Below are positions 17,318-26,941 of a DNA stretch of 64,000 nucleotides, one piece after another (positions within the stretch are counted from its first letter, which is position 1; every line of letters starts with the position of its first letter). The notes beneath the pieces are model-generated. The model searched no databases. It was not told the DNA's origin and was given only the letters and a program-made list of their open reading frames with translations. A program made the translations under genes and the position numbers. Origin of the DNA: Syntrophaceae bacterium (GTDB lineage Bacteria; Desulfobacterota; Syntrophia; Syntrophales; Smithellaceae); assembly GCA_018056765.1 (NCBI GenBank), contig JAGPFA010000014.1, positions 90-64,089 of the forward strand, written 5' to 3'.

Positions 17318-17587
17318 ATGGCTGCACCGAACAGAGAAAAACCATCCCGTCCGCACCAGAAAAAATTTTTCCACAGAAGAAAATTTTGCCGTTTCTGCTC
17401 GGACTCCAATATCAAAATTGATTACAAAAACCCGGTCATTCTCAACAATTTCATTACCGAACGCGGCAAAATCATGCCCAGAAGGATCACGGGCAATTGC
17501 GCCTACCATCAAAGAGAACTGACGCTCGCGATCAAGCGCGCACGCGCCATCGCCATCATGCCTTTCGTCAACGCGGAAGGCAGGTAA
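17318..17587 (+). CDS. rpsR: 30S ribosomal protein S18
   Basis: FCRFC...IDYKN...[32 protein letters not shown] is canonical S18. Confidence 0.95.
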   Translation: MAAPNREKPSRPHQKKFFHRRKFCRFCSDSNIKIDYKNPVILNNFITERGKIMPRRITGNCAYHQRELTLAIKRARAIAIMPFVNAEGR

Positions 17588-17679
17588 CTATGCAACAAGG
17601 TCGCCGGTCGGCATGACCTACTCGCCGCCGGCGCCTTTTTATCAACGATTTTTTACCAAAACATTTTTTCCGGCACGGG

Positions 17680-18651
17680 TTGAATTTCTTGTCCACGTCA
17701 AATTTACTGACCATCAAAGGCGGATTTTGGCGGCTTTTGCTAGTTGTCTTTTTGTATCTGTCTGCCTGCCTGTTGCCCCTTGCCGGTTTGTTTTTTGTCC
17801 TGACCCTGCCCACATTCATGTTCCTCATCTCGGTTTTCAACGGCTGGGCGAAAACAATGAACGCCTTTTTCACAGCCATCGTGGCTATCTTCGCCATCTT
17901 GTCTTTCACACACACCTTTTTCCCCTTGCTGGTGCCGGCGGCTGCCGGACTTTCCGGTATGGTGATGGCGCGCATCATGAAACTGAACCCCTCCATTGAG
18001 GCGCTCGTTCTCTTTCCTTCACTGGTCTGCCTGGCGGCAATTACCGCCTTTTTCGGTCTGATCGGTATCGAACTGGGAATGAACATCATCGAGGTGGTGA
18101 AAAAATACGTTTCCGAGGCGGTCGATCTCAACATCGGCTTCTATGCCCGTCTTCCTTTAAAGCCTGAAGAAATCAAAGCAATCCAGGACAGCAAAGATGG
18201 CATTATTGATTTTTTGGCCCGCCTCTTCCCCGCTATCTGCACCATTTCGGTATTATCTGTGATCTGGCTCAATGTGTTGCTCATCGGAAGAATACTCGGG
18301 GAAAAAACGGTCAAACCTTATGTTTTTTCGGACCTGTCTCAATGGAAAACACCTCCGTGGCTCGTCTGGGTGTTTATCGCCGCTGCTGCGATGATCATGC
18401 TTTCCCACACTTACCTGAGGTTTGCCGGCATAAATATTTTTCTTGTCGCGTCATTCCTCTATCTGCTGCAAGGCCTTGCTATTGTCAGCTTCTTTTTCCA
18501 AAGTAAAAACATTTCCATGTTTTTCCGTGTGATCATCTATTTTTTAATTGCGGTTCAGCAACTGCTTATGGTAGCAATAGCCCTAGTGGGTCTGTTCGAC
18601 CTCTGGGTTGATTTCCGCAAATATTTCCGTAAAGATCAGGCAACCGGTTAA
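17680..18651 (+). CDS. DUF2232 (YybS-like) polytopic membrane protein
   Basis: 323 aa, multi-TM. Position between rpsR and rplI-dnaB mirrors the yybS context in Firmicutes. Start codon uncertain. Confidence 0.6.
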   Translation: MNFLSTSNLLTIKGGFWRLLLVVFLYLSACLLPLAGLFFVLTLPTFMFLISVFNGWAKTMNAFFTAIVAIFAILSFTHTFFPLLVPAAAGLSGMVMARIMKLNPSIEALVLFPSLVCLAAITAFFGLIGIELGMNIIEVVKKYVSEAVDLNIGFYARLPLKPEEIKAIQDSKDGIIDFLARLFPAICTISVLSVIWLNVLLIGRILGEKTVKPYVFSDLSQWKTPPWLVWVFIAAAAMIMLSHTYLRFAGINIFLVASFLYLLQGLAIVSFFFQSKNISMFFRVIIYFLIAVQQLLMVAIALVGLFDLWVDFRKYFRKDQATG

Positions 18652-18682
18652 CTCTTTTGTGCATATTCAGGAGGTTTTCGAC

Positions 18683-19132
18683 ATGAAGGTAATTTTAAAA
18701 CAAAACGTCCCCTCGCTGGGAAAAGCAGGTGATCTGGTCAAAGTCAATGACGGGTATGCCCGTAATCTGCTCATTCCCAAAGGCATGGCCGTGGAAGCGG
18801 ATGATAAAAACATCAAGGCTCTCGAGCTGCAAAAAAAACAGCTGCTGCAAAAGGCCCAGAAAGAAAAGGCAGCAGCCGAGGAGCAGGCGTCGCGTCTGTC
18901 GCAGATTACGCTTACCATTTCACGCAAGGTCGGCGATCAGCACAAAATATTCGGCTCGGTCACCTCCAAGGACCTGGAAACAGCATTAAAAGAACAGGGA
19001 TTCGATATCGACCGCAAAATGATTGTCCACGACGAGCAGATCAAAAGCCTGGGCGAATTTGAGGTAAGAATCAAACTGGCTGCCGGCGTGGAAGCAAAAA
19101 TTAAACTAAACGTCGTCGGCGAAGAATCATGA
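18683..19132 (+). CDS. rplI: 50S ribosomal protein L9
   Basis: ATG at 18683 after GGAGG. MKVILKQNVPSLGKAGDLVKVNDGYARNLLIPKG is canonical L9. Confidence 0.95.
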   Translation: MKVILKQNVPSLGKAGDLVKVNDGYARNLLIPKGMAVEADDKNIKALELQKKQLLQKAQKEKAAAEEQASRLSQITLTISRKVGDQHKIFGSVTSKDLETALKEQGFDIDRKMIVHDEQIKSLGEFEVRIKLAAGVEAKIKLNVVGEES

Positions 19133-20484
19133 AACACATCGACCCGTCACTGTACAAACTTCCACCTCAAAACCTGGAGGCGGAACAGTCCATTTTGGGA
19201 AGTATCCTGCTGGAGAATTCCACACTCAACGCGGTGCAGGAAATTCTCAAAAAAGAGGACTTCTACAGTGAAGCACACCGGAAGATCTTTGGCGCCATTG
19301 AAGAGCTTGCCGACCGTAACGAACCGGTCGATCTGATCACCCTAAGTAACGTTCTGCAGGCTAAAAATTCACTAGACGCTGTGGGTGGGGTGGCTTATCT
19401 GGCATCGCTGGTGGATAACGTTCCTTCCGCCGCCAATGCCGCCAACTATTCACGGATTGTGAAGGAAAAGGCCGTCCTGCGCGGGCTTATCGCTTCGGCG
19501 ACAGAAATCATCAACAGCTGCTATGAAACAGGCTCGGATGTCGACGATGTGCTGGACAAAGCCGAACACAGCATCTTTGAAATATCCGAAAATAAAATAC
19601 GCACCTCTTTTCATCCGATGAAAGAGATCGTCAAAGAAAGCTTCAAAGCGATTGAAGATCTCTTCACGCGCAAGGAGCTGATCACCGGCGTACCCACCGG
19701 CTTTTATAAGATCGACGACATGACGTCCGGCCTGCAAAGTTCCGATCTGATCATCATCGCCGGACGCCCGAGTATGGGGAAAACCGCTTTCGCCCTCAAT
19801 ATCGCCCAGTATGCCGCACTGGAAAGCCAAACACCTGTTGCCATTTTTTCATTGGAAATGTCCAAGGAACAGCTCGCTTTCAGAATGCTCGCCTCGGAGG
19901 CCAAAGTCGATTCACAGCGTATGCGCAAAGGCTTCCTGGGTGAAACAGACTGGCCCAAACTCACCACCGCGGCGGGACGACTTTCCGAAGCTCCCCTCTT
20001 TATCGATGACACTCCCGCCATCACCGTTTTGGAAATGAAAGCCAAATCACGCCGCTTGAAAGCGGATACCGGGCTTGGCCTGATTATCGTCGACTACATC
20101 CAGCTGATGCGTGCCGGCAGCAATACCACCTCGCGTGAACAGGAAATCTCGGAAATCAGCCGCTCGCTCAAGGCACTGGCCAAAGAGTTGCGCGTGCCGG
20201 TCATCGCCCTGTCACAGCTTAACCGCAGGGTCGAAGAACGTCCCAACCGCCGCCCGCAAATGGCAGACCTGCGCGAGTCCGGCGCCATCGAACAGGACGC
20301 GGACGTCATCGCCTTCATCTATCGTGACGAGGTCTACAACAAGTCGGAAGACAACCCCGACAAAGGCACGGCCGAAATCATCATCAGCAAGCAGCGTAAC
20401 GGCCCTACCGGCACCGTTAAACTCGCCTTTCTGGACAAATTTACCACCTTCGAAAATCTGACGCGGCCCGACGAACAGCATTAA
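19129..20484 (+). CDS. dnaB: replicative DNA helicase DnaB
   Basis: 451 aa with PPQNLEAEQSILGSIL, Walker A GRPSMGKTAF, and DYIQLM. ATGA overlap with the rplI stop. Confidence 0.95.
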   Translation: MKHIDPSLYKLPPQNLEAEQSILGSILLENSTLNAVQEILKKEDFYSEAHRKIFGAIEELADRNEPVDLITLSNVLQAKNSLDAVGGVAYLASLVDNVPSAANAANYSRIVKEKAVLRGLIASATEIINSCYETGSDVDDVLDKAEHSIFEISENKIRTSFHPMKEIVKESFKAIEDLFTRKELITGVPTGFYKIDDMTSGLQSSDLIIIAGRPSMGKTAFALNIAQYAALESQTPVAIFSLEMSKEQLAFRMLASEAKVDSQRMRKGFLGETDWPKLTTAAGRLSEAPLFIDDTPAITVLEMKAKSRRLKADTGLGLIIVDYIQLMRAGSNTTSREQEISEISRSLKALAKELRVPVIALSQLNRRVEERPNRRPQMADLRESGAIEQDADVIAFIYRDEVYNKSEDNPDKGTAEIIISKQRNGPTGTVKLAFLDKFTTFENLTRPDEQH

Positions 20485-20663
20485 AACCATACCGAGATTA
20501 GCCACTGTTGCGTCTCCGCCCGGATCATGGCTGATGTTTCCCCCCTATTTCTGAGTAAAAACATCTTATCGGAAAACTCGCCAAGTTGAAAAAGCACCGA
20601 ACGCTCCGTATTTTTGGTGTCTTCAGAGAAACAAAAAAGCAACCCCCTCATAACATATGATTA

Positions 20664-20698
20664 TAAAAAAAGGCGCTCCGTTTCCGGAGCGCCTTTTG
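20664..20698. terminator. bidirectional rho-independent terminator between dnaB and hppA
   Basis: AAAAAAAGGCGCTCCG-TTTC-CGGAGCGCCTTTT: a GC-rich hairpin flanked by an A-run and a T-run. Confidence 0.75.
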
Positions 20699-20717
20699 AA
20701 GTCAGGGGTTAAACTGC

Positions 20718-23156
20718 TTATTCACCCAGTTTTTCACCGGAGATTCTCATGCCGTAGAAGGAACGGTACACGAAAATCAGCGCGACCACGAAGAAGAAGA
20801 TCGCCAGGCCGTATTTCAGATTCTGGTTCTTCATGGTGACCGCAATTTCCGTAGCCAGAAGACCGAACAATGTCGTGAATTTAATGACCGGGTTCAAAGA
20901 AACCGAAGAGGTGTCTTTGAAGGGGTCGCCGACTGTGTCGCCGACAACGGCCGCCTCGTGCAGGGGCGTGTTTTTCATCTTCAGATCAACTTCCACAATC
21001 TTCTTGGCATTGTCCCAGCAACCGCCGGCGTTGGCCATGAAGATCGCCTGGAACAGACCGAAGAAGGCGATACCGATCAGATAGCCGATGAAGAAGTAGG
21101 GGTTGATAAACGCCAGCGCCAGACACATAAAGAAGATCACGATGAAGATGTTGATCATCCCCTTCTGCGCATACTGCGTGCAGATTTTGACGACTTCCTT
21201 ACTGTCTTGAATGGAAGCTTCCGCTTTATCAAGATTGATGTTTTTCTTGATGTAGACAACCGCCTGATAAGCGCCGGTGGTCACAGCCTGCGTGGAAGAA
21301 CCGGTGAACCAGTAAATTACCGCACCACCCATAATCAGACCGAGGATGATCGTGGGCTGAACCAGTGACAGGTGCTCCATGACATGGCCGAAGAGACCTT
21401 CGAGCAGGATGATAATACCAAACACCATCGTGGTGGCACCGACAACCGCGGTGCCGATCAGCACCGGCTTGGCAGTGGCTTTGAAGGTGTTACCAGCTCC
21501 GTCACCTGCTTCCAGAAAGTGCTTGGCCATCTCAAAGTCCGGTTCAATGCCGTATTCTTTTTTCACAATTTGTTTTACGTCGGGACGTGTTTCAATAAGA
21601 GAGAGCTCATAAATGGACTGAGCATTGTCGGAAACCGGTCCGAAGCTGTCCACGGCGATGGTCACAGGCCCCATGCCCAGGAAACCGAAAGCAACCAGAC
21701 CGAAGGCGAACACGGGGGCGGCAAACTTAAACTCATCCGGCATTAATGCGACGACTGCAGCATTCCTGGAGACCATATAGGCGACAAACATCAAAAACGC
21801 AATAACGAGCCCCAGCCAGAAAGCGGAGAAGTTTCCGGCGACAAAGCCGGACAGAATGTTCAGCGAAGCACCGCCCTGTTTGGAGGCATTGACGGTTTCT
21901 TCACAGTGGCGCGAAGAGGAGCTGGTGAACATCTTGGTGAACTCAGGAATCAGTGCGCCGGCAATCGTGCCGCAGCTGATGATGATCGCCAGTGACCACC
22001 AGAGACCTGTGTATTGATCAGTCAGCTCGGAAAGCAGAACGTAGCTGGCGATAAAGGTGACGCCGATGGAAACGAGCGAGGTAATCCAGACCAGATTGGT
22101 CAGCGGTTGCTCAAAGTTAAAATCTTTCTTACCCGTAAATACGGCTTTGCTGATGCCGTTATTGACAAAGTAGGAAAGAAGCGAGGTAAGGATCATGAGG
22201 ATTCTCATGGCGAAAATCCAGACAATCAGCTTGCCGCCCATTTCAGCGTTATCGGCAAGGGCAAGCGCCAGAAAAGCGATCAGGGCCACACCCGTGACAC
22301 CGTAAGTTTCAAATCCGTCCGCCGTGGGGCCGACACTGTCACCTGCGTTATCACCTGTACAGTCGGCGATAACACCGGGGTTTTTCGGGTCGTCTTCGGG
22401 AAGATGGAAAACGATTTTCATCAGGTCAGAGCCGATGTCGGCGATCTTGGTGAAGATACCGCCGCAGATACGCAAAGCGGAAGCGCCCAGCGACTCACCG
22501 ATAGCAAAACCAATGAAGGAGGGGCCGGCCAGCTCTTTGGGAATGTAGGCCAGAATGATGATCATGAAGAACAGCTCGATGCTGACCAGCAAAAGCCCCA
22601 CGCTCATGCCGGAGCGCAGGCAGATGCTCAACATGCTGATGGGATTCCCGGAAAAGGACGAGAAAGCGGCGCGGGAGTTGGCCACCGTGTTGATGCGGAT
22701 ACCGAACCAGGCGACCACGTAAGAGCCCAGGATACCCAGAATCGAACAGACCAGAATAACGAAAATCCCCCCTGCCGCCATTCCGGACAGAGCGCCGAAG
22801 TAATAAATGATACAAATGGCAATCAGAATCCACAGGGCAATGAGGAATTTCCCCTGCTGGAGCAGATAGGTCTTACAGGTTTCCCAAATCGTCTGTGAAA
22901 CATCAAGCATGGATTGATGTGCCGGCAGATTTTTGGTCTGCACGTATTGAATAATACCGAAGATCATACCGATGACACAGATGATCAGGCCGGCATTAAG
23001 AATGGTTATGCCCGAAAGGGTTCCATTCAAAAAACCGACCTGGCTAAGATCGGGCAGTACGATGTCGGCTTCACCGGCCAATGCGGCGCCGGCGGCAAGC
23101 AGGACCATCAAACCGCTTAGTAAAAATGTCCAGATACTTCGTCTGTCTTTAAACAT
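20718..23156 (-). CDS. hppA: membrane-bound ion-translocating pyrophosphatase
   Basis: 812 aa, polytopic. Signature motifs GDNAGD-type (CTGDNAGDSVGPTADGFETY) and VGDTVGDPFKDT. Confidence 0.9.
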   Translation of the reverse strand: MFKDRRSIWTFLLSGLMVLLAAGAALAGEADIVLPDLSQVGFLNGTLSGITILNAGLIICVIGMIFGIIQYVQTKNLPAHQSMLDVSQTIWETCKTYLLQQGKFLIALWILIAICIIYYFGALSGMAAGGIFVILVCSILGILGSYVVAWFGIRINTVANSRAAFSSFSGNPISMLSICLRSGMSVGLLLVSIELFFMIIILAYIPKELAGPSFIGFAIGESLGASALRICGGIFTKIADIGSDLMKIVFHLPEDDPKNPGVIADCTGDNAGDSVGPTADGFETYGVTGVALIAFLALALADNAEMGGKLIVWIFAMRILMILTSLLSYFVNNGISKAVFTGKKDFNFEQPLTNLVWITSLVSIGVTFIASYVLLSELTDQYTGLWWSLAIIISCGTIAGALIPEFTKMFTSSSSRHCEETVNASKQGGASLNILSGFVAGNFSAFWLGLVIAFLMFVAYMVSRNAAVVALMPDEFKFAAPVFAFGLVAFGFLGMGPVTIAVDSFGPVSDNAQSIYELSLIETRPDVKQIVKKEYGIEPDFEMAKHFLEAGDGAGNTFKATAKPVLIGTAVVGATTMVFGIIILLEGLFGHVMEHLSLVQPTIILGLIMGGAVIYWFTGSSTQAVTTGAYQAVVYIKKNINLDKAEASIQDSKEVVKICTQYAQKGMINIFIVIFFMCLALAFINPYFFIGYLIGIAFFGLFQAIFMANAGGCWDNAKKIVEVDLKMKNTPLHEAAVVGDTVGDPFKDTSSVSLNPVIKFTTLFGLLATEIAVTMKNQNLKYGLAIFFFVVALIFVYRSFYGMRISGEKLGE

Positions 23157-23158
23157 TA

Positions 23159-23752
23159 CTATTCCTCCTTCTTTTGAAAATTCGTATTTTTAGCCTGGCA
23201 CTTGTTCATTGCTTGTTGCAGGCCATTTAAAACGATTTCAGTGACCGCACCGGCTGCCTGACTGAGAATATCGGGCAGGGCCGCCCTTTCTTCCTCATGA
23301 AAAGGTTCCAACACATAACCCTCAATCCGGAATTTGTCAACCGGTTTGCCGATCCCCAGTCTCACCCTGGTAAATGCGGTAGATCCCAAGTTATTTTGAA
23401 TAGATAACAGACCTTTATGACCGGCGGTCCCCCCGCCCGCCTTGAGTCTTACCGACCCAAAAGGCAAGTCGAGGTCATCATGAATAACAATGAGATTACT
23501 GATCTCTGTTTTAAAGAACATCTGCAACTGCCTGACGGCAGTGCCACTCAAATTCATATATGTTTGGGGCGCGGCCAAGAGGACTTTCCGTCCTGAAACA
23601 GTTCCTTTACCCCAAAATGCATCAAAACTTTGATGCTCAAGCTCAATTTCCAGACGCCCGGCCAGTGTTTCGAGGGCCATGAACCCTATGTTGTGTCTGG
23701 TTTGCGCGTAGCGCCGACCCGGGTTACCCAGGCCGACAATCAGGTACTCCAT
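23159..23752 (-). CDS. pth: peptidyl-tRNA hydrolase
   Basis: MEYLIVGLGNPGRRYAQTRHNIGF. The ATG at 23752 has the GAGGGAG RBS, whereas the ORF track extends to 23809. Confidence 0.9.
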   Translation of the reverse strand: MEYLIVGLGNPGRRYAQTRHNIGFMALETLAGRLEIELEHQSFDAFWGKGTVSGRKVLLAAPQTYMNLSGTAVRQLQMFFKTEISNLIVIHDDLDLPFGSVRLKAGGGTAGHKGLLSIQNNLGSTAFTRVRLGIGKPVDKFRIEGYVLEPFHEEERAALPDILSQAAGAVTEIVLNGLQQAMNKCQAKNTNFQKKEE

Positions 23753-23845
23753 CTTCTCCCTCTCTTTTTTGACCCTCGCTATTATTTTCGCCAAAACAGA
23801 GGGAAACATTTTCCACCGCCGGCAGATTGACTGGTGGCCCGTCAG

Positions 23846-24499
23846 TTACTGTGCCTTCTCTTTCTTGTCTTCTGCCGACTCGGCCGCTTCCGCAGCTTCG
23901 CCTTCCGTCGCTTCACCTTCGGCAACCTGCAGAGCCGCCCTTACGGCAATTACGGACGCCACTGCATCGTCGGCATGGTCGACGGCCGTCAGCCCCGCCG
24001 GTAAAATTACATCCTGCACCTTCATGGCCTGGCCGATATCAAGCGAGGTCACATCCACTTCGATGCTGTTGGGAAGATCTTTGGGCAGGCAGGAAATCTT
24101 CAGATGGCGCTTGATGTGCTGCAAAATTCCGCCATTGTCCACGCCGACGGCCTTGCCGGTCAGAACAAGTTCCACATCGAACACCTGCGCTCTGGACATA
24201 TCGACTTCATAAAAGTCCGCATGATACAATTTCCTGGTCAGCGGCTGAACCTGCAGCTCTTTAATGAAAGACAGTTTTTCAATTTTTTGGACTCCGTCAT
24301 CAATAATCAGCTTGATAAAAGCGGCATCCTTTTTTTCCTTCTGCAGTTTTAAAATATCACTGCTTTTTACGCTCAGATGAATATTGTCTGTATTTCTTCC
24401 GTAAAAAACGGCCGGCACCATTCCCTGCCTCCGCAACCGGCGCGCCGGACCTTTTTTATGTTCGGTGCGGATCTGGGCCGCCAAATCAGTTGTTTCCAT
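23846..24499 (-). CDS. rplY: 50S ribosomal protein L25 / general stress protein Ctc
   Basis: 217 aa with RRQGMVPAVFYG and an acidic C-terminal tail. Sits in the conserved prs-ctc-pth order. Confidence 0.85.
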   Translation of the reverse strand: METTDLAAQIRTEHKKGPARRLRRQGMVPAVFYGRNTDNIHLSVKSSDILKLQKEKKDAAFIKLIIDDGVQKIEKLSFIKELQVQPLTRKLYHADFYEVDMSRAQVFDVELVLTGKAVGVDNGGILQHIKRHLKISCLPKDLPNSIEVDVTSLDIGQAMKVQDVILPAGLTAVDHADDAVASVIAVRAALQVAEGEATEGEAAEAAESAEDKKEKAQ

Positions 24500-24512
24500 T
24501 TACCCCTTCCTC

Positions 24513-25454
24513 CTAAATAAATAATGAGTGTACCGAATCGTTATAGTAAATACGGCGCACCGCCTCCGACAGCAGGCCGGAAACGGATAAGACCTTGATT
24601 CTTTCGCATTTAGCCGCCCGTTCCGTCAGCGGAATGGTGTCCGTAACGATAATTTCACTGATATCAGACGCCTCGAGCCGGTCAAGAGCGGGACCGGATA
24701 AAACCGGATGCGTACAACAGACCGAAACGTCCGAGGCGCCGGCATTTTTCAGAGCCGCGGCGGCCTGCACGACCGTGCCGGCCGTATCAATCATGTCGTC
24801 GAGAATAATCGCCCTTTTATCTTCGACATTACCGATAATATTCATCACCTGGGCTTCATTGGGGCCCTCACGGCGCTTGTCGATAATCGCCAGCGACGCC
24901 CCCATGCGTTTTGCGAAGGCGCGGGCACGTTCGACTCCACCTGTATCGGGTGACACGATGACTGTATTGTCCTGAAAAACTCTTTTTACGTATTCAATAA
25001 GAACAGGCGTGGCAAATAGATTATCCACCGGTATGTTGAAAAAACCCTGGATCTGGCCGGCATGCAAATCCATGGATAAAAGCCGCTGCGCACCTGCAGT
25101 AGTGATCAAGTCCGCCACAAGTTTCGCGGAGATCGGCGCGCGCGGCGCAACTTTCCGGTCCTGGCGGGCATACCCGTAGTAGGGAACCACCGCAGTGATG
25201 CGTCCGGCGGAAGCCCTTTTCATCGCGTCAATCATGATGAGCAGTTCCATCAATGTCACATTGACCGGAGAGCAGGTGGACTGAATGATAAAAACGTCCA
25301 TTCCCCTTACGTTTTCATCTATTTCAACGCGAGTTTCACCATCGCTGAACGTTGTTACATTGGCTTTTCCCAGAGAAACACCGACTTTGTCGCAGATCTT
25401 CTCCGCCAGCGGCAAATTGGCATTCCCAGAGAAAATCTTCATTCTTTCCAGCAT
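24513..25454 (-). CDS. prs: ribose-phosphate pyrophosphokinase
   Basis: 313 aa with [26 protein letters not shown], and the PRPP loop [11 protein letters not shown]. Confidence 0.95.
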   Translation of the reverse strand: MLERMKIFSGNANLPLAEKICDKVGVSLGKANVTTFSDGETRVEIDENVRGMDVFIIQSTCSPVNVTLMELLIMIDAMKRASAGRITAVVPYYGYARQDRKVAPRAPISAKLVADLITTAGAQRLLSMDLHAGQIQGFFNIPVDNLFATPVLIEYVKRVFQDNTVIVSPDTGGVERARAFAKRMGASLAIIDKRREGPNEAQVMNIIGNVEDKRAIILDDMIDTAGTVVQAAAALKNAGASDVSVCCTHPVLSGPALDRLEASDISEIIVTDTIPLTERAAKCERIKVLSVSGLLSEAVRRIYYNDSVHSLFI

Positions 25455-25477
25455 TTATTCACTCTCCACTGCTTTTC

Positions 25478-25552
25478 TGGCTGGGGCGGGAGGATTCGAA
25501 CCTCCGAATGCAGGAACCAAAATCCTGTGTCTTACCGCTTGACGACGCCCCA
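25478..25552 (-). tRNA. tRNA-Gln (anticodon UUG)
   Basis: Folded by hand. Acceptor TGGGGCG/CGCCCCA, anticodon arm CAGGA-TTTTGGT-TCCTG, T arm GGAGG-TTCGAAT-CCTCC, encoded CCA. Confidence 0.9.
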
Positions 25553-25588
25553 TCCTGTTTTGAAGTAAATATTTCCCGAATGAAACCG

Positions 25589-26431
25589 CTAATAAAGTGA
25601 TTGGGCAAAGAAGACCAGACATTGTGAAGAAATTTTTTTTATTATCGCTTCCCTGGCCTGCCGGGCGGTTTTTTCATCCGCGAAGACGCCGAACAACGTT
25701 GGTCCGCTGCCCGACATCAGGGCGCCCAAGGCTCCTTCTCCCATCAATATTTGTCTGAAATCAGCCAATTCGGGTCGCATACGAAAAGAAACGGTTTCCA
25801 GATCGTTGCGCATTCCCCGGACGACATCATTCAGATCGTAAAATCGCGAAATGCTATAATTATTTTTTTTCTTTGTCAACGGCAAATTAAGACCACCGTA
25901 AACGTCTTTGGTGGACAAAGAGAAGGGAGGTTTAATCAAAACCATATTCAATTCAGGCACATAGGAAAGGGACGCCAGTTCCGTGCCCGTGCCGGTCGCA
26001 TATGCACTTGTGCCGAAAATAAAAAAAGGGACATCCGCCCCCAGGCGTGCCCCGATTTTCATGAGTTCTTTGTGACTGACGTTTAGCGAACACAGCTCAT
26101 TTAGGGCAACCAGCGTGGCGGCCGCATCGGAGCTTCCCCCGCCGAGCCCCGCCCCCGAAGGTATGTTTTTTCTAAGTGTAATCCCGACACCGCCCGTATA
26201 ACCGGTATAATTAAAAAGCGCCGCTGCGGCGCGATATACCAGATTGTCCTCACCTGCAGATAAGTCAGTGCCCGGGCAGGATAGTGAAATCCCCCCCGGG
26301 CACAGTTCAAATTCGAGCTCGTCAAACAGTGATATCTGCTGCATCACGGAAGCGAGGTTGTGATAACCGTCGGGTCGTTTCCCGAGAATATGAAGGAAAA
26401 GATTTACTTTCGCTGGCGCGAGCCGTCGCAT
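25589..26431 (-). CDS. ispE: 4-diphosphocytidyl-2-C-methyl-D-erythritol kinase
   Basis: 280 aa with APAKVNLFLHILGKRPDGYHNL and the GHMP motif PSGAGLGGGSSDAAA. Confidence 0.9.
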   Translation of the reverse strand: MRRLAPAKVNLFLHILGKRPDGYHNLASVMQQISLFDELEFELCPGGISLSCPGTDLSAGEDNLVYRAAAALFNYTGYTGGVGITLRKNIPSGAGLGGGSSDAAATLVALNELCSLNVSHKELMKIGARLGADVPFFIFGTSAYATGTGTELASLSYVPELNMVLIKPPFSLSTKDVYGGLNLPLTKKKNNYSISRFYDLNDVVRGMRNDLETVSFRMRPELADFRQILMGEGALGALMSGSGPTLFGVFADEKTARQAREAIIKKISSQCLVFFAQSLY

Positions 26432-26432
26432 C

Positions 26433-26822
26433 TCAGCCTTTTTCTTTCACGTAGCGCATCTTGAGTTCGTAGAGCACACCCTGGATCAGATTTTGCTCAT
26501 TTGCATCCAGGTTCCCCTTCGTCTTTTCGGCCAGCATATCCAGAATATCGATGGTCTGTTTGGCGGCCGGCAGATTTTTTTCCGCCCCTGCGCCTTCATG
26601 CTCCGGGAAATCACCGAAGTGGAACAGTGCGGAGGTGGAAAGAGAAATGACAAAATTCGAGAAATTGACCGGCGGATATTCAAAGTCTTCCGGCGGCTGC
26701 TTTACTTCCTCTTTGGCGGTCTCCTGCCGCTTCGTTACCGGTTCTTCTTTTTTATCCTCCGCCTCATCGGAAAAACGCCTGTCTTTAATAACAAAACCTT
26801 CTCCCTTTGTTTCTTCCGCCAT
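26433..26822 (-). CDS. DUF1844 domain protein
   Basis: 129 aa. Acidic N-terminus, then FSNFVISLSTSALFHFG...NLPAAKQTIDILDML..KTKGNL, which is typical of DUF1844. Confidence 0.6.
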   Translation of the reverse strand: MAEETKGEGFVIKDRRFSDEAEDKKEEPVTKRQETAKEEVKQPPEDFEYPPVNFSNFVISLSTSALFHFGDFPEHEGAGAEKNLPAAKQTIDILDMLAEKTKGNLDANEQNLIQGVLYELKMRYVKEKG

Positions 26823-26941
26823 AAATATCCCCTCCTGTTCAAACGTAACTGTCCGCTTGTAATTTCACCACCATTGACACAAGCGCCATCTGTTTCGTGC
26901 CGGCCGACCAGACACCGCCGGCCGCAAAACAAACATGCAGC

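Noticed and set aside
20718-23156. Unusually long (812-aa) pyrophosphatase as a fusion protein
   Set aside because: The extra length appears to be additional TM segments at the N-terminus, within the known size range of membrane PPases. No foreign domain was seen.
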